Shown: one piece after another, positions 28,603 through 38,552 of the stretch
Position numbering within the stretch: position 1 is the stretch's first letter
How the letters are laid out: every line of letters starts with the position of its first letter
Origin: Anaeromyxobacteraceae bacterium
Lineage (GTDB): Bacteria; Myxococcota; Myxococcia; Myxococcales; Anaeromyxobacteraceae
Assembly (NCBI GenBank): GCA_032654565.1
Contig: JAULAX010000009.1
Span: forward strand, 32,001 to 96,000
Reading direction: 5' to 3'
DNA length: 64,000 bases
The notes under the pieces: model-generated
The model's input: the letters and a program-made list of their open reading frames with translations, nothing else
The model's database searches: none
What the model was told of the DNA's origin: nothing
Program-made: the position numbers and the translations under genes

Positions 28603-30168
28603 ATGCTGGACAACCTCAGAGCGAACAAGGGCGGCATCATCACCTACGTCTTCCTGTTCGCGATCATCGTCGTCTTCGTGGTCAGCTTCGGCCCCGGCTC
28701 CTTCGACAAGGGCTGCTCCGGCGGCCAGGCGCCGGCCTGGGCGGCCCGGGTCAACGGCGAGACCGTCTCGGTGACCGAGTACGACCGGGCCTACTCCAAC
28801 CTGCTGCGCAACTTCCAGCAGCAGGCCGGGCAGGCCTTCTCCCGCGAGCTGGCCGAGCAGCTGGGGCTGTCGAAGATCGCCCTCGACCAGGTGGTCGACC
28901 GGGCCCTGGTGGTGGCCGAGGCCCGCACACAGGGGCTGGCCATCTCCGACGAGGAGCTGGCCCGCACCATCCTCGAGATCCCCGGCTTCCAGGTGGACGG
29001 CAAGTTCGACCGGGAGTCGTACAAGCGGGCGGTGGCCAGCGCCTACGGCTCGGAGAGCCGCTTCGAGTCGGTGCTGCGCGAGGACCTGCTCTACCAGCGG
29101 ATGCTGGCCGGGCTGCGCGAGACCGTGAAGGTCGCCGACGCCGAGGTCAAGGCGGCCTGGTCGGCCGAGCACGACCGCGCCTCGCTCACCTTCGTCCGCT
29201 TCCCGCTGGCCGGCGCCCGCCTCGAGGCCAGGAAGCCCGGCCCCGCCGAGGTGGCCGCCTTCGCCGCCAAGGAGGGGCCGCGCCTGGAGAAGTTCTGGAA
29301 GGAGAACCCGGCCCGCTTCGACCAGCCCCGGAAGGTGAAGGCCCGCCACATCCTCGTCAAGGTCGCCGCCGGCGGCGACGAGAAGGCGGCCCGGGCCCGC
29401 ATCGAGGCCCTGGCGGCCCGGGTGCAGAAGGGCGAGCCCTTCGCCACGGTGGCCGTCCAGGCCTCCGAGGACGAGAACACCAAGGCGCGGGGCGGCGAGC
29501 TCGGCTTCATCAGCGAGGGGCTGGTGGAGAAGCCCTTCGCCGACGCCGCCATGGCGCTGGCCCCCGGCAAGGTCTCCGGCCCGGTCCGCACCGGCTCCGG
29601 CTTCCACCTCATCCAGGTCGACGAGGTGGTCGAGGCCCGGCAGGTGCCGCTCGAGGTGGCCCGCCCGCTCATCGCCGCCGAGCTGCTGGTCGAGGATCGC
29701 GCCGCGGCGCTGGTCGCCGAGCGGAGCGCGGCGGCGCTGGCGGCCGTGAAGGGCGGCCAGTCCCTCACCGCCCTCTTCCCCGCCGAGGCCTCCGGCAAGA
29801 AGGTGGTCAAGCTGGGCGGGATGACCGTGGCCGCCGAGTCGACCGGCCTCTTCGGCATCGAGGCCGCCTACCTGCCCAAGCTGGGCAACGTCCCCGGGCT
29901 GGCCGCCGCCGCCATGACCGGCGCCGTCGGCGCCCCGCTCCCCACGGTGTTCGCCTCGGCCCAGGGGCCGGTGGTGGCGGTGGTGGAGAAGCGCGAGCAG
30001 CCCGACCCGGCGCGCTACGAGGGCCAGAAGGCCGACGTGGCCACCCGGCTGCGCAACCGGCGCGAGGCGCAGGTGCAGTCGGCCTGGCTGAAGCAGCTGC
30101 GCGACGCCGGCAAGGTCGAGGTCAACCCGGCGCTGGCGTCGGGGGCGCCCCGGCCCCCCGCCGAGTAG
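28603..30168 (+). CDS. SurA-N/parvulin PPIase chaperone (PpiD-like)
   Basis: AARVNGETVS, VKARHIL, SED..TK.RGGELG, SGPVRTGSGFHLI. Confidence 0.9.
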   Translation: MLDNLRANKGGIITYVFLFAIIVVFVVSFGPGSFDKGCSGGQAPAWAARVNGETVSVTEYDRAYSNLLRNFQQQAGQAFSRELAEQLGLSKIALDQVVDRALVVAEARTQGLAISDEELARTILEIPGFQVDGKFDRESYKRAVASAYGSESRFESVLREDLLYQRMLAGLRETVKVADAEVKAAWSAEHDRASLTFVRFPLAGARLEARKPGPAEVAAFAAKEGPRLEKFWKENPARFDQPRKVKARHILVKVAAGGDEKAARARIEALAARVQKGEPFATVAVQASEDENTKARGGELGFISEGLVEKPFADAAMALAPGKVSGPVRTGSGFHLIQVDEVVEARQVPLEVARPLIAAELLVEDRAAALVAERSAAALAAVKGGQSLTALFPAEASGKKVVKLGGMTVAAESTGLFGIEAAYLPKLGNVPGLAAAAMTGAVGAPLPTVFASAQGPVVAVVEKREQPDPARYEGQKADVATRLRNRREAQVQSAWLKQLRDAGKVEVNPALASGAPRPPAE

Positions 30169-30189
30169 CCCGCCGGCCTCGCCGCCGCC

Positions 30190-30762
30190 ATGATCCTGAC
30201 GCTCGCCTCCGCCAGCCCGCGCCGCCGCGAGCTGCTGGGTGGGCTCGGCTTCACGCTCCAGGTCCGCCCCGCCCACGCCGACGAGTCGGTGCACCCCGGG
30301 GAGCCCCCCCGCGACTACGTGGAGCGGGTGGCGCGGGCCAAGGCCCGGGCGGTGGACGGGGAGCTGGTGCTGGCCGCCGACACCACCGTGGCCGTCGACG
30401 GCCGGATCCTCGGCAAGCCGGCCGACGCCGCCGACGCCGCCCGCATGCTGCGGCTCCTCTCCGGCCGGACCCACCAGGTGATCTCGGCGGTCTGCGTGCG
30501 CCGACCGGCGGTGCGGCTGGAGCAGGCCGCCGTGGTCGCCACCGAGGTCGACGTGGCGCCGCTCGACGAGCGCGTCATCGCCTGGTACGTGGCCAGCGGC
30601 GAGCCGCTCGACAAGGCCGGCGCCTACGCGGTGCAGGGGCTCTTCGGGGCCTTCGTGCGGGCGGTGCGCGGCAGCGTCACCGGGGTGATCGGCCTGCCCC
30701 TCGACGAGACCCTGGCGCTGCTGCGGCGGGCCGGCCACCGGCTCCCCTGGGAGTCGGAGTAG
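30190..30762 (+). CDS. maf: Maf-family nucleoside triphosphate pyrophosphatase
   Basis: [32 protein letters not shown]. Confidence 0.95.
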   Translation: MILTLASASPRRRELLGGLGFTLQVRPAHADESVHPGEPPRDYVERVARAKARAVDGELVLAADTTVAVDGRILGKPADAADAARMLRLLSGRTHQVISAVCVRRPAVRLEQAAVVATEVDVAPLDERVIAWYVASGEPLDKAGAYAVQGLFGAFVRAVRGSVTGVIGLPLDETLALLRRAGHRLPWESE

Positions 30763-30885
30763 CTCGAAGGAGGGTGCCTCTGCTGGCTGGGCGTCCCGAA
30801 TGGGGCGTAGCCGGCCCACCTGGGATCCTTCAAGGGTACTGGATCCTCCTGTCCGCCGCCCCCTCGTCGTAACCGGGAGTCACTC

Positions 30886-32163
30886 ATGCCGTCGCGAAGC
30901 CTCCACGCCGCCGCGCTCGTCCTCGCCGCCGCCGCCCTGCTCGCCGCCCCGCCCCTGGCCCGGGCCGAGGCCAAGGCCGACCCCATCAAGATCGGCATCG
31001 TCGGGCCCATGGCCTTCATCCAGGGCGAGGACGCCTGGAACGGCGCCAGCCTGGCCGCCGACCAGCTCAACGCCGCCGGCGGGGTGCAGGTCGGCGCCGT
31101 GAAGCGCCCCGTCCTGCTGGTCAAGGTCGACACCAACGAGATCCTCAACGTCGGCGACGCCACCAACGCCCTGGAGCGGGCCCTCACCCGCGACAAGATC
31201 GACTTCGCGGTGGGCGGCTTCCGCTCCGAGGCGGCGCTGGCCATGCAGGAGGTGGCCGCCGACGCCAAGAAGATCTTCATCGTCACCGGCGCCTCGCTCG
31301 ACAAGATGAGCGCCAACGTGGTGGCCGACTACGAGCGCTACAAGTACTGGTTCCGCATCCTCCCGCCCCGCTCCTCCGATCTGGTCAAGGCCAGCTACGC
31401 CATGCTGGGGGCCATCGCCGCCCAGGTGAAGGCCGAGCTGGGCGTCCCGGTGGTCAAGGTGGCGGTCCTGGCCGAGAAGGCCGCCTGGACCGAGGGCTTC
31501 GTCAAGGCCGCCCAGGCCAACATCCCCAAGATGGGCATGGAGCTGGTCGGCGTCTTCCAGCCCTCGGCCACCGCCACCGACGTCGGCCCGGACCTCACCG
31601 CCATCAAGGCCACCGGCGCCCACCTGGTCTTCACCGCCGTGTCCGGCCCCATGGGCGTGGCCCTGGGGCGCCAGGCCGGCGAGCTGCGGCTCCCGGCCAT
31701 CGTCTTCGGCATCAACGTCGAGGCCCAGAAGGAGACCTTCTGGAAGTCCACCGGCGGCAAGGGCAACTACGTCAGCACCCTCAACTTCTACGCCGACGTG
31801 GAGTCGACCCCCAAGACCATGCCCTTCGTCGAGGCCTTCCGGAAGAAGTTCGGGCGGCTGCCGACCTACACCGCCTCCAGCTACGACGCGGTGATGATCC
31901 TGGCGGCCGCCGTGACCGGGGCCGGCTCGGTGTCCAGCGACCTGGTGGTGCCGGTGCTGGAGAAGACCGACACCATCGGCACCTCCAGCCGCCTCACCTT
32001 CGACAAGGGGCACGACGTCACCTTCGCCCCCGGCCACACCGTCCCGCTGGGCGTGCAGTGGCAGGACGGGCAGCTGGTGGCCTTCTTCCCCAACGGCTGG
32101 CAGGGGATCACCTTCAAGGGCGTCAAGCCCTTCGTGGTCCCGCCGGAGATGAAGAAGAAGTAG
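30886..32163 (+). CDS. Liv-type ABC transporter substrate-binding protein
   Basis: Signal peptide, PIKIGIVGP, LNAAGGV, periplasmic binding protein type I pattern. Confidence 0.9.
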   Translation: MPSRSLHAAALVLAAAALLAAPPLARAEAKADPIKIGIVGPMAFIQGEDAWNGASLAADQLNAAGGVQVGAVKRPVLLVKVDTNEILNVGDATNALERALTRDKIDFAVGGFRSEAALAMQEVAADAKKIFIVTGASLDKMSANVVADYERYKYWFRILPPRSSDLVKASYAMLGAIAAQVKAELGVPVVKVAVLAEKAAWTEGFVKAAQANIPKMGMELVGVFQPSATATDVGPDLTAIKATGAHLVFTAVSGPMGVALGRQAGELRLPAIVFGINVEAQKETFWKSTGGKGNYVSTLNFYADVESTPKTMPFVEAFRKKFGRLPTYTASSYDAVMILAAAVTGAGSVSSDLVVPVLEKTDTIGTSSRLTFDKGHDVTFAPGHTVPLGVQWQDGQLVAFFPNGWQGITFKGVKPFVVPPEMKKK

Positions 32164-32170
32164 CCGACCC

Positions 32171-32200
32171 GGGCCGGCCCCGCGCTCCCGGGGCCGGTCC
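32171..32200 (+). other. GC-rich hairpin between binding-protein and permease genes
   Basis: gggccggcccc / ggggccggtcc inverted repeat. Confidence 0.45.
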
Positions 32201-32218
32201 TCCCTCCCCTCCCCCCGC

Positions 32219-33088
32219 TTGCTCCGCTCGCTCCTCGTCACCGGCCTGGTCAACGGCGCCATCTACGCGCTGCTGGCGCTCGGCTTCTCGCTGATCTTCG
32301 GCGTGGCCCGCATCGTCAACATCGCCTACGCCGGCCTCTACATGCTGGCGGCCTACCTGGTCTACATCCTGCTCAACGTGGCCGGGCTCCCGGCCCCGGC
32401 CGCCGTGCCGCTGGCGGTGGCGGCCACGGTGGTGCTGGGGCTGGCCGTCTACCGCCTGGTCATCGAGCCGGTGCGGGAGCACGAGTCGGCGGTGCTGATC
32501 TCCACCATCGCCCTCACCCTGATCTTCCAGGAGCTGGTGCTGGCCGCCTTCGGCGGCAACTTCCTCGGCAACCCGGTCTGGGCCGACGGGATCGTCGAGG
32601 TGCTCGGGGTCACCGTCACCTACCAGCAGCTCCTCAGCCTGGGGGTGGTGACCCTGGCGCTGGGCGGCGTCTGGCTGGTCCTCAACCGGACCCGGCTGGG
32701 CGTGGCCATCCGCGCCACCGCCAACGACCGGGAGGTGGCCAACCTGATGGGCATGAACGTCCGGCGCGTCGAGCTCTGGAGCGCCGCCCTCTCGGCGGCG
32801 CTGGCCGGCGTCGCCGGGGCGGTGGTGGCGCCGCTGGCGGTCATCGACCCGCTCATGTGGCAGGCGCCGCTGGTCAACATCCTCGCCATCGTGGTGGTGG
32901 GCGGGCTGGGGAGCCTGAAGGGCAGCCTGATCGCCGCCTTCGTCATCGGCTACGTGGAGGCGGCCACCGTCTTCCTCCTCCCCTCCGGCTCCTTCCTCAA
33001 GGGGGCGGTGGCGCTCACCATCATGGTCGGGGTGCTGCTGCTCCGCCCCGAGGGGCTGTTCGGCGTCGCCTTCGAGGAGGAGCGTTGA
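32219..33088 (+). CDS. Liv-type ABC permease (LivH-like)
   Basis: GAIYALLALGFSLIFGV, TRLGVAIRA, VVGGLGS, RPEGLFG. Confidence 0.93.
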   Translation: MLRSLLVTGLVNGAIYALLALGFSLIFGVARIVNIAYAGLYMLAAYLVYILLNVAGLPAPAAVPLAVAATVVLGLAVYRLVIEPVREHESAVLISTIALTLIFQELVLAAFGGNFLGNPVWADGIVEVLGVTVTYQQLLSLGVVTLALGGVWLVLNRTRLGVAIRATANDREVANLMGMNVRRVELWSAALSAALAGVAGAVVAPLAVIDPLMWQAPLVNILAIVVVGGLGSLKGSLIAAFVIGYVEAATVFLLPSGSFLKGAVALTIMVGVLLLRPEGLFGVAFEEER

Positions 33089-34125
33089 TGCGCTGGCTGC
33101 GGCGCGGCTGGCGATTCGTCCGCGGCGAGGTGCTGGTGCTGCCCAGCCGCGTGCTGGTGCTGGCCTTCTGCCTGGGGCTGCTGGCGCTGCCGCTGCTGAC
33201 CCGGGATCCCTACGTGCTCCGGGTGGTGATCCTCTCCTGCCTCTTCGCCATCTTCGCCGCCAGCTGGGACCTGGTGTCCGGCTACTCCGGGCAGGTCAGC
33301 CTGGGCCAGGCCCTCTACTTCGGGGCCGGGGCCTACGGCTCGGCGCTGCTCAACCACCACCTCGGCTGGACCCCGTGGGTCACCATCCCGGCCGGCGCGC
33401 TGCTGGCCACGCTCACCGGGGCGCTGGCCGGCGTCCCCTGCCTGCGGCTGCGCGGCTCCTACCTGAGCCTGGCCACCCTGGCCTTCCCGCTCATCCTCAC
33501 CGGGGCGCTCTTCGCCCTCCCCTCGCTCTCCGGCGGCGAGCTGGGGCTCTCCGGCCTGGCGCCGCTGGTCCGCTCCCGGGTCGGCTTCTACTACGTGGCG
33601 GTGGTCACCATGCTGGTGTCGGTCTTCGCCATGTGGCTGGTCGGCGACTCCAACACCGGCCTGCTCTTCCACGCCATCCGCGAGGACGAGACCGCGGCCC
33701 GCGCCTCCGGCATCGACACCCCGCGCTACCGCCTCACCGCCTTCGCGCTGGCCGGGCTCTTCGGCGGCGTCGCCGGCGGGCTCTACGCCCACTTCGTCCG
33801 GGTGGCGGGGCCGTCGACGCTGGAGGTGACGCTCTCCTTCCAGGCGGTGATCTGGGGGGTGTTCGGCGGGGTGGCCACCATCTACGGCCCGGTGGCCGGG
33901 GTCTTCCTGCTCTACCCGCTGACCGAGCTGCTGGCGCTGGTGCCCTGGCTGGGCGAGCACCGGCTGCTGATCTTCGCCCTGGTGGTGCTGGTGATCCTGC
34001 GGGTCATGCCCCAGGGGGTGGCCCACTGGGTGCGCGACCGCATCGAGCGGGAGTGCCGGCGCTGCAAGGCCAGGACGGTGGCCACCCGCGCCGCCTGCCG
34101 CGTCTGCGGCGCCGACCTGCGCTGA
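33088..34125 (+). CDS. Liv-type ABC permease (LivM-like) with C-terminal CxxC-x10-CxxC zinc ribbon
   Basis: GYSGQVSLGQ, LRLRGSYL, AIREDETAA; tail ECRRCKARTVATRAACRVCGADL. Confidence 0.92.
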   Translation: MRWLRRGWRFVRGEVLVLPSRVLVLAFCLGLLALPLLTRDPYVLRVVILSCLFAIFAASWDLVSGYSGQVSLGQALYFGAGAYGSALLNHHLGWTPWVTIPAGALLATLTGALAGVPCLRLRGSYLSLATLAFPLILTGALFALPSLSGGELGLSGLAPLVRSRVGFYYVAVVTMLVSVFAMWLVGDSNTGLLFHAIREDETAARASGIDTPRYRLTAFALAGLFGGVAGGLYAHFVRVAGPSTLEVTLSFQAVIWGVFGGVATIYGPVAGVFLLYPLTELLALVPWLGEHRLLIFALVVLVILRVMPQGVAHWVRDRIERECRRCKARTVATRAACRVCGADLR

Positions 34126-34177
34126 GCGGGGCCGTCCCGCGCCGTCCCCACCCGCCGCCGGGAGGCGGCGCCCCCGG

Positions 34178-34927
34178 TCACATCCCCAGGTAGGCGGTCC
34201 GCAGCCCCTCGTCGGCGCTCAGCGCGGCGCCGGTCCCCTCGGCGATGACCCGCCCCTGCGAGAGCACGTAGTTGCGGGCGGCCAGCTGGAAGGCCTTGGC
34301 CACCTCCTGCTCCACCAGCAGGATGGCCACCCCGGAGCGGTGGATCTCGGAGATGGCGGCGAAGACCTCGCCACGCACCTTGGGCGAGAGCCCCAGCGAC
34401 GGCTCGTCGATGAGCAGCAGCCGGGGCTTGCTCATCAGGGCGCGGCCGATGGCCACCATCTGCTGCTCGCCGCCGGAGAGCGTGCCGGCCACCTGGCGGC
34501 GGCGCTCGCGCAGGCGCGGGAAGAGGGTCAGCACCCGCTCCAGCTCCTCGGCCCGCCCGGCCCGGCGCAGGTAGCCGCCGGCCTCGAGGTTGTCGAGGAC
34601 GGTCAGCTCGCGGAAGGGGCGGCGGCGCTCCGGGCAGAGCACCAGGCCGCGCCGGGCGATCTCGTGGGCGGGGAGCTGGTCGATGCGCTCGCCGAGGAAG
34701 CGGATCTCGCCCTCGACGGTGATCTCGCCGCGGGTGCCCCGCAGCGCCGTCTTCTCCCAGCGCACCAGGCCGGAGACGGCGCGCATCAGCGTCGACTTGC
34801 CGGCCCCGTTGGGCCCCACCAGCCCGACCAGCTCGCCGTCGCCGACGCGCAGCGAGACCCCGCCCAGCAGGACGGCCCGGTCGTAGACGACCCGCAGGCC
34901 GTCAATGTCCAGCAGCGGCGCCGACAT
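34178..34927 (-). CDS. ABC ATPase (LivF-like)
   Basis: GPNGAGKST, LSGGEQQM, DEPSLGL, LVEQ. Confidence 0.95.
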   Translation of the reverse strand: MSAPLLDIDGLRVVYDRAVLLGGVSLRVGDGELVGLVGPNGAGKSTLMRAVSGLVRWEKTALRGTRGEITVEGEIRFLGERIDQLPAHEIARRGLVLCPERRRPFRELTVLDNLEAGGYLRRAGRAEELERVLTLFPRLRERRRQVAGTLSGGEQQMVAIGRALMSKPRLLLIDEPSLGLSPKVRGEVFAAISEIHRSGVAILLVEQEVAKAFQLAARNYVLSQGRVIAEGTGAALSADEGLRTAYLGM

Positions 34928-35687
34928 GCTCCACCCCGAGGTAGGCCTCGATGACCCTGGGATCCCGCACCACGTCCTCCGGCTTCCCGTCGAGCAGGAT
35001 CCCGCCGAAGTTGACCACGATGACCCGGTCGACGATCGACATCAGCTCCTTGAGCTTGTGCTCGATGATGATCATGGCCGGCCCCTCGCTGTGCAGCCGC
35101 CCGAACCGGCCGCCCTTGTGGAGGCGGCGGATGGAGCGGGCCAGCAGGTCGGACTCGGTGGGGTTGAGGCCGCCGAAGGGCTCGTCGAGCAGCAGCAGCT
35201 CCGGCTCGGTGGCGATGGCCCGGGCCACCTCGAGCCGCTTCAGGTCCCCCTGGGAGAGCGAGGAGGCCGGCTCGCGGGCCAGGTCGGAGATGCCGACGAA
35301 CTCCAGGGCGTCCATGGCCTTGGCCTCGATGACCTTGACCCACTCGCCGCGCTGCTGCCCGCGCCGGGAGAGGCAGGGCACCATGACGTTGGCGATGATG
35401 GGGAGGCGGCGGAAGGGCCGGGTGTTCTGGAAGGTCCCGGCGATCCCCAGGTTGACCATCTCCCAGGGCGGCAGGGCGGTGACGTCGCGCCCCTTCCAGA
35501 GGATGCGGCCGGCGTCGGGCCGGAGGATGCGGGTGATGAGGCGCAGCAGCGTGGTCTTCCCGGCGCCGTTGGGCCCGATGACGCCGACCAGCTCGTCCCG
35601 CCGCAGCCGGAAGGAGACGTCGTCCACCGCCACCAGGCCGCCGAAGCGCTTGGTCAGCCCCTGCACCTCGAAGAAGTCGCCGCTCAT
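34902..35687 (-). CDS. ABC ATPase (LivG-like)
   Basis: KRFGGLVAV, GPNGAGKTT, TFQN, LLDEP, IEH, VIEAYLG. Confidence 0.95.
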   Translation of the reverse strand: MSGDFFEVQGLTKRFGGLVAVDDVSFRLRRDELVGVIGPNGAGKTTLLRLITRILRPDAGRILWKGRDVTALPPWEMVNLGIAGTFQNTRPFRRLPIIANVMVPCLSRRGQQRGEWVKVIEAKAMDALEFVGISDLAREPASSLSQGDLKRLEVARAIATEPELLLLDEPFGGLNPTESDLLARSIRRLHKGGRFGRLHSEGPAMIIIEHKLKELMSIVDRVIVVNFGGILLDGKPEDVVRDPRVIEAYLGVEHVGAAAGH

Positions 35688-37396
35688 GTCCGGCCGCCGC
35701 CCTGGTGCTCGTCGCGCAGCTCGCGCCGCGACACCTTGCCGACGTCGGTCTTGGGGAGCTCGCCGCGGAACTCGACGATCCTGGGGACCTTGTAGTGGGC
35801 CAGCCGCTCGGCGCAGAAGGCCTTGACCTCCTCCTCGCTCAGCTTGCCGCGGGCCTCGGGCTGGAGCACCACCACCGCCTTGATGATGGCGCCCACCGCC
35901 GGGTCGGGGACGCCGATGACCCCGGCGGCCTTGACGTGGGGGTGGGTGTAGAGCACGTCCTCGACGTCCTTGGCGAAGACCGAGTAGCCCTTGTACTTGA
36001 TCAGGTCCTTGCGCCGGTCCACGTAGTGGAAGAAGCCGTCCTGGTCCATGCGCACCAGGTCGCCGGTGCGCAGCCAGGTGCGCCCCCCCTCCTGCCACAG
36101 CGAGCCGGCGGTCTCCTCCGGCCGGTTCCAGTAGCCGCGCATGACGTTGGGGCCGCAGAGGAGCAGCTCGCCCACCTCCCCCACCGGGAGGAAGGTGGTC
36201 CCGTCGGGATCGGCGATGGCGGCGTCGAGGCCCGGGAAGGGGAGCCCGAAGGAGCCGGGGCGCGCCCCCTGGCGCGGGTTGAGGTGGGAGGCGGCGGTCG
36301 ACTCGGTGAGGCCGTAGCCCTCTCGGATCCCGGTGCCGGTGCGGGCCTGCCAGCCGGTGGCGGTGGACTGGTGCAGGGTGTCGGCCCCGCAGCCGATCAG
36401 CTTGAGCCGCCGCCAGTTGACCCGGGTGGTCCGCTGGTGCTCCTTGAGGGTCTCGTAGAGGGTGGGGACGCCCCAGAAGACGGTGGCCTGCCAGTCCTCG
36501 ACCGCCTCGAGGATGGCGTCCAGGTCCGGCGTGGTGAAGAGCACCTGGGTCTGGCCGCTGGCGATGGCCGAGAACAGCACCACCACCTGCCCGTAGATGT
36601 GGAAGTAGGGGAGGAAGGCCATCAGCGTCTCCTTCCCCTCCTCCAGCCCCATGACCGCGTTGGCGAAGGAGCGGAGCGCCACCAGGTTGCGGTGGGTCAG
36701 CATCACGCCCTTGGGGTTGCCGGTGGTGCCGCCGGTGTAGGGCAGCGCCGCCAGGTCGGCGCCCGGGTCGATGGCCACCGCCGGCGGGCGTGGCGGGTGG
36801 CTGGCCAGCAGGGCCTGGAAGGAGAGCGTGCCGGGGGCGGCCGGGCCCGCCGCGGGGATGGCCAGGGAGCGGAAGACCTTGCCGAGGAAGCTGCGCCCCA
36901 CCGCCTGGGAGAGGGCCGGCAGGTACTCCCCGACGCCGGTGAGGATGACGTGCTCGACGCGCACCCCCGACTTCTCCACCTTGTCGTGGAGCATGTCCTG
37001 GCAGACCAGGATGCGGGCGCCGCTGTCCTCGAGCTGGAAGCGGATCTCGTGGCTGGTGTAGACCGGGCTGATGGCGGTGACCACGCCGCCCACCTTGAGC
37101 GCCGCGAAGTAGGCGATGACGAACTGCGGGCTGTTGAGCAGGTAGAGGGCGACCCGATCGCCCTTCTGCAGGCCGAGGGCGGCGAAGGCGGTGGCCAGCC
37201 GGTCCACCTGGTCGCGCAGCTCGGCGAAGCTGATCTTCCGGCCGGAGAAGATCAGCGCGGTCCGGCCGCCGAAGCGCGAGGTGGCCTCGTCGAAGACCTG
37301 GGAGACCGACCGGTCGGGGACGGCGACGTCGGCGGTGACGCCCGGGTCGTAGTGCTTGACCCAGGGACGGGCCAGGTAGTCGGCGAGCGCGCTCAC
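35684..37396 (-). CDS. acyl-CoA ligase (long-chain fatty acid/AMP-binding family)
   Basis: YTGGTTGNPKG, EGYGLTE, WLRTGD, DRRKDLI, PKTDVGK. Confidence 0.93.
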   Translation of the reverse strand: MSALADYLARPWVKHYDPGVTADVAVPDRSVSQVFDEATSRFGGRTALIFSGRKISFAELRDQVDRLATAFAALGLQKGDRVALYLLNSPQFVIAYFAALKVGGVVTAISPVYTSHEIRFQLEDSGARILVCQDMLHDKVEKSGVRVEHVILTGVGEYLPALSQAVGRSFLGKVFRSLAIPAAGPAAPGTLSFQALLASHPPRPPAVAIDPGADLAALPYTGGTTGNPKGVMLTHRNLVALRSFANAVMGLEEGKETLMAFLPYFHIYGQVVVLFSAIASGQTQVLFTTPDLDAILEAVEDWQATVFWGVPTLYETLKEHQRTTRVNWRRLKLIGCGADTLHQSTATGWQARTGTGIREGYGLTESTAASHLNPRQGARPGSFGLPFPGLDAAIADPDGTTFLPVGEVGELLLCGPNVMRGYWNRPEETAGSLWQEGGRTWLRTGDLVRMDQDGFFHYVDRRKDLIKYKGYSVFAKDVEDVLYTHPHVKAAGVIGVPDPAVGAIIKAVVVLQPEARGKLSEEEVKAFCAERLAHYKVPRIVEFRGELPKTDVGKVSRRELRDEHQGGGRT

Positions 37397-37553
37397 GGGG
37401 GTCTCTCCTCGGATCCACCGTGGCACGCCGGCGCGACGCCCCGCAAGGCTCATCTCCCAGTGAAGCCGGCCGGACCGCAGGCGGCCGGCCACGGGCCCCC
37501 CGCCGCGGGTTCGGCGATCACCTCGCCGGCGCCGCCCGTGTAGACTGCCCCCC

Positions 37554-38213
37554 GTGACCATCCCCGGCGCCCCGCCCTCCATCGCCGCCCGGCTGGCCGA
37601 GGTGCGCGCCCGCCTGCCCGCCACGGTGACGCTGGTGGCCATCTCCAAGACCCAGCCGGTCGAGGCCATCCGCGAGGCCTACGCCGCCGGGCAGCGCCAC
37701 TTCGGCGAGAACTACGCCCAGGAGTGGCGCGCCAAGGCCGACGCCCTGGCCGACCTCGCCGACCTGACCTGGCACTTCGTCGGCGGGCTGCAGACCAACA
37801 AGGTGAAGTACCTGGCGCCGCGCGCCGCCTGGGTCCACACCCTCGACCGGGAGGAGCTGGCCCGCGAGCTCGGCAAGCGCTACGCGGCGGCCGGGGCCAC
37901 GGCCCGGGTGCTGGTCGAGGTGAACCTGGGCGGCGAGGCCCAGAAGTCCGGCTGCGCCCCGGAGCGGGTGGAGCCGCTGGTGGCGCTGGCGCGGGGGCTG
38001 CCCGGGCTGGAGGTGGCGGGGCTGATGTGCATCCCGCCGCCGGAGGAGGAGCCGCGCGGCCACTTCGCCCGGCTGCGGGCGCTGCGCGACCGGCTGGGGC
38101 TGCGCGAGCTGTCGATGGGGATGAGCGCCGACTGGCCGGTGGCGGTGGAGGAGGGCGCGACCCTGGTCCGGCTCGGCACCGCGCTGTTTGGCGAGCGGCC
38201 GCCGCGCGCCTAG
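37554..38213 (+). CDS. yggS: PLP homeostasis protein (YggS/PLPBP)
   Basis: LVAISKT, FGENYAQE, WHFVGGLQTNK, LSMGMSAD, GAT.VRLGT.LFG. Confidence 0.96.
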   Translation: MTIPGAPPSIAARLAEVRARLPATVTLVAISKTQPVEAIREAYAAGQRHFGENYAQEWRAKADALADLADLTWHFVGGLQTNKVKYLAPRAAWVHTLDREELARELGKRYAAAGATARVLVEVNLGGEAQKSGCAPERVEPLVALARGLPGLEVAGLMCIPPPEEEPRGHFARLRALRDRLGLRELSMGMSADWPVAVEEGATLVRLGTALFGERPPRA

Positions 38214-38428
38214 ATCAGCCTGGTCTTCAGCCGCCCCGAGTCGGTCACCGTGACCCGGAACTCGGCGCCGCAGTAGTAGCAGCGGATCTCGTCCCCGTCG
38301 CCGAACTTGTCGTCGTAGGGGTTGTTGGCGGCGCACTCCGGGCAGTCGAAGTCACCGAAGCGGCGCGCCGTGCCTTCGTTGGCGTCTTCCTTCTCGTCGT
38401 CTTCGTCGTAGCCCTGGTCGACCGGCAT
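38210..38428 (-). CDS. small acidic zinc-ribbon protein (72 aa)
   Basis: MPVDQGYDEDDEKED...CPEC...CYYC; GGGAGG RBS. Confidence 0.8.
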   Translation of the reverse strand: MPVDQGYDEDDEKEDANEGTARRFGDFDCPECAANNPYDDKFGDGDEIRCYYCGAEFRVTVTDSGRLKTRLI

Positions 38429-38552
38429 GGCCCCTCCCGGGCCGGATGATGGCCGCTGGGCCCGACGCCGTCCACCCCCGGCGCGCCCCGGCCCCGGAAT
38501 GGGCCCCGCCCCGCTGGACGTCCCCGGGGGGGCGGGGCGATGCTGCCGCCCG

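Noticed and set aside
37421..37436. TGGCACG as a sigma54 promoter
   Set aside because: No GC at the -12 position.
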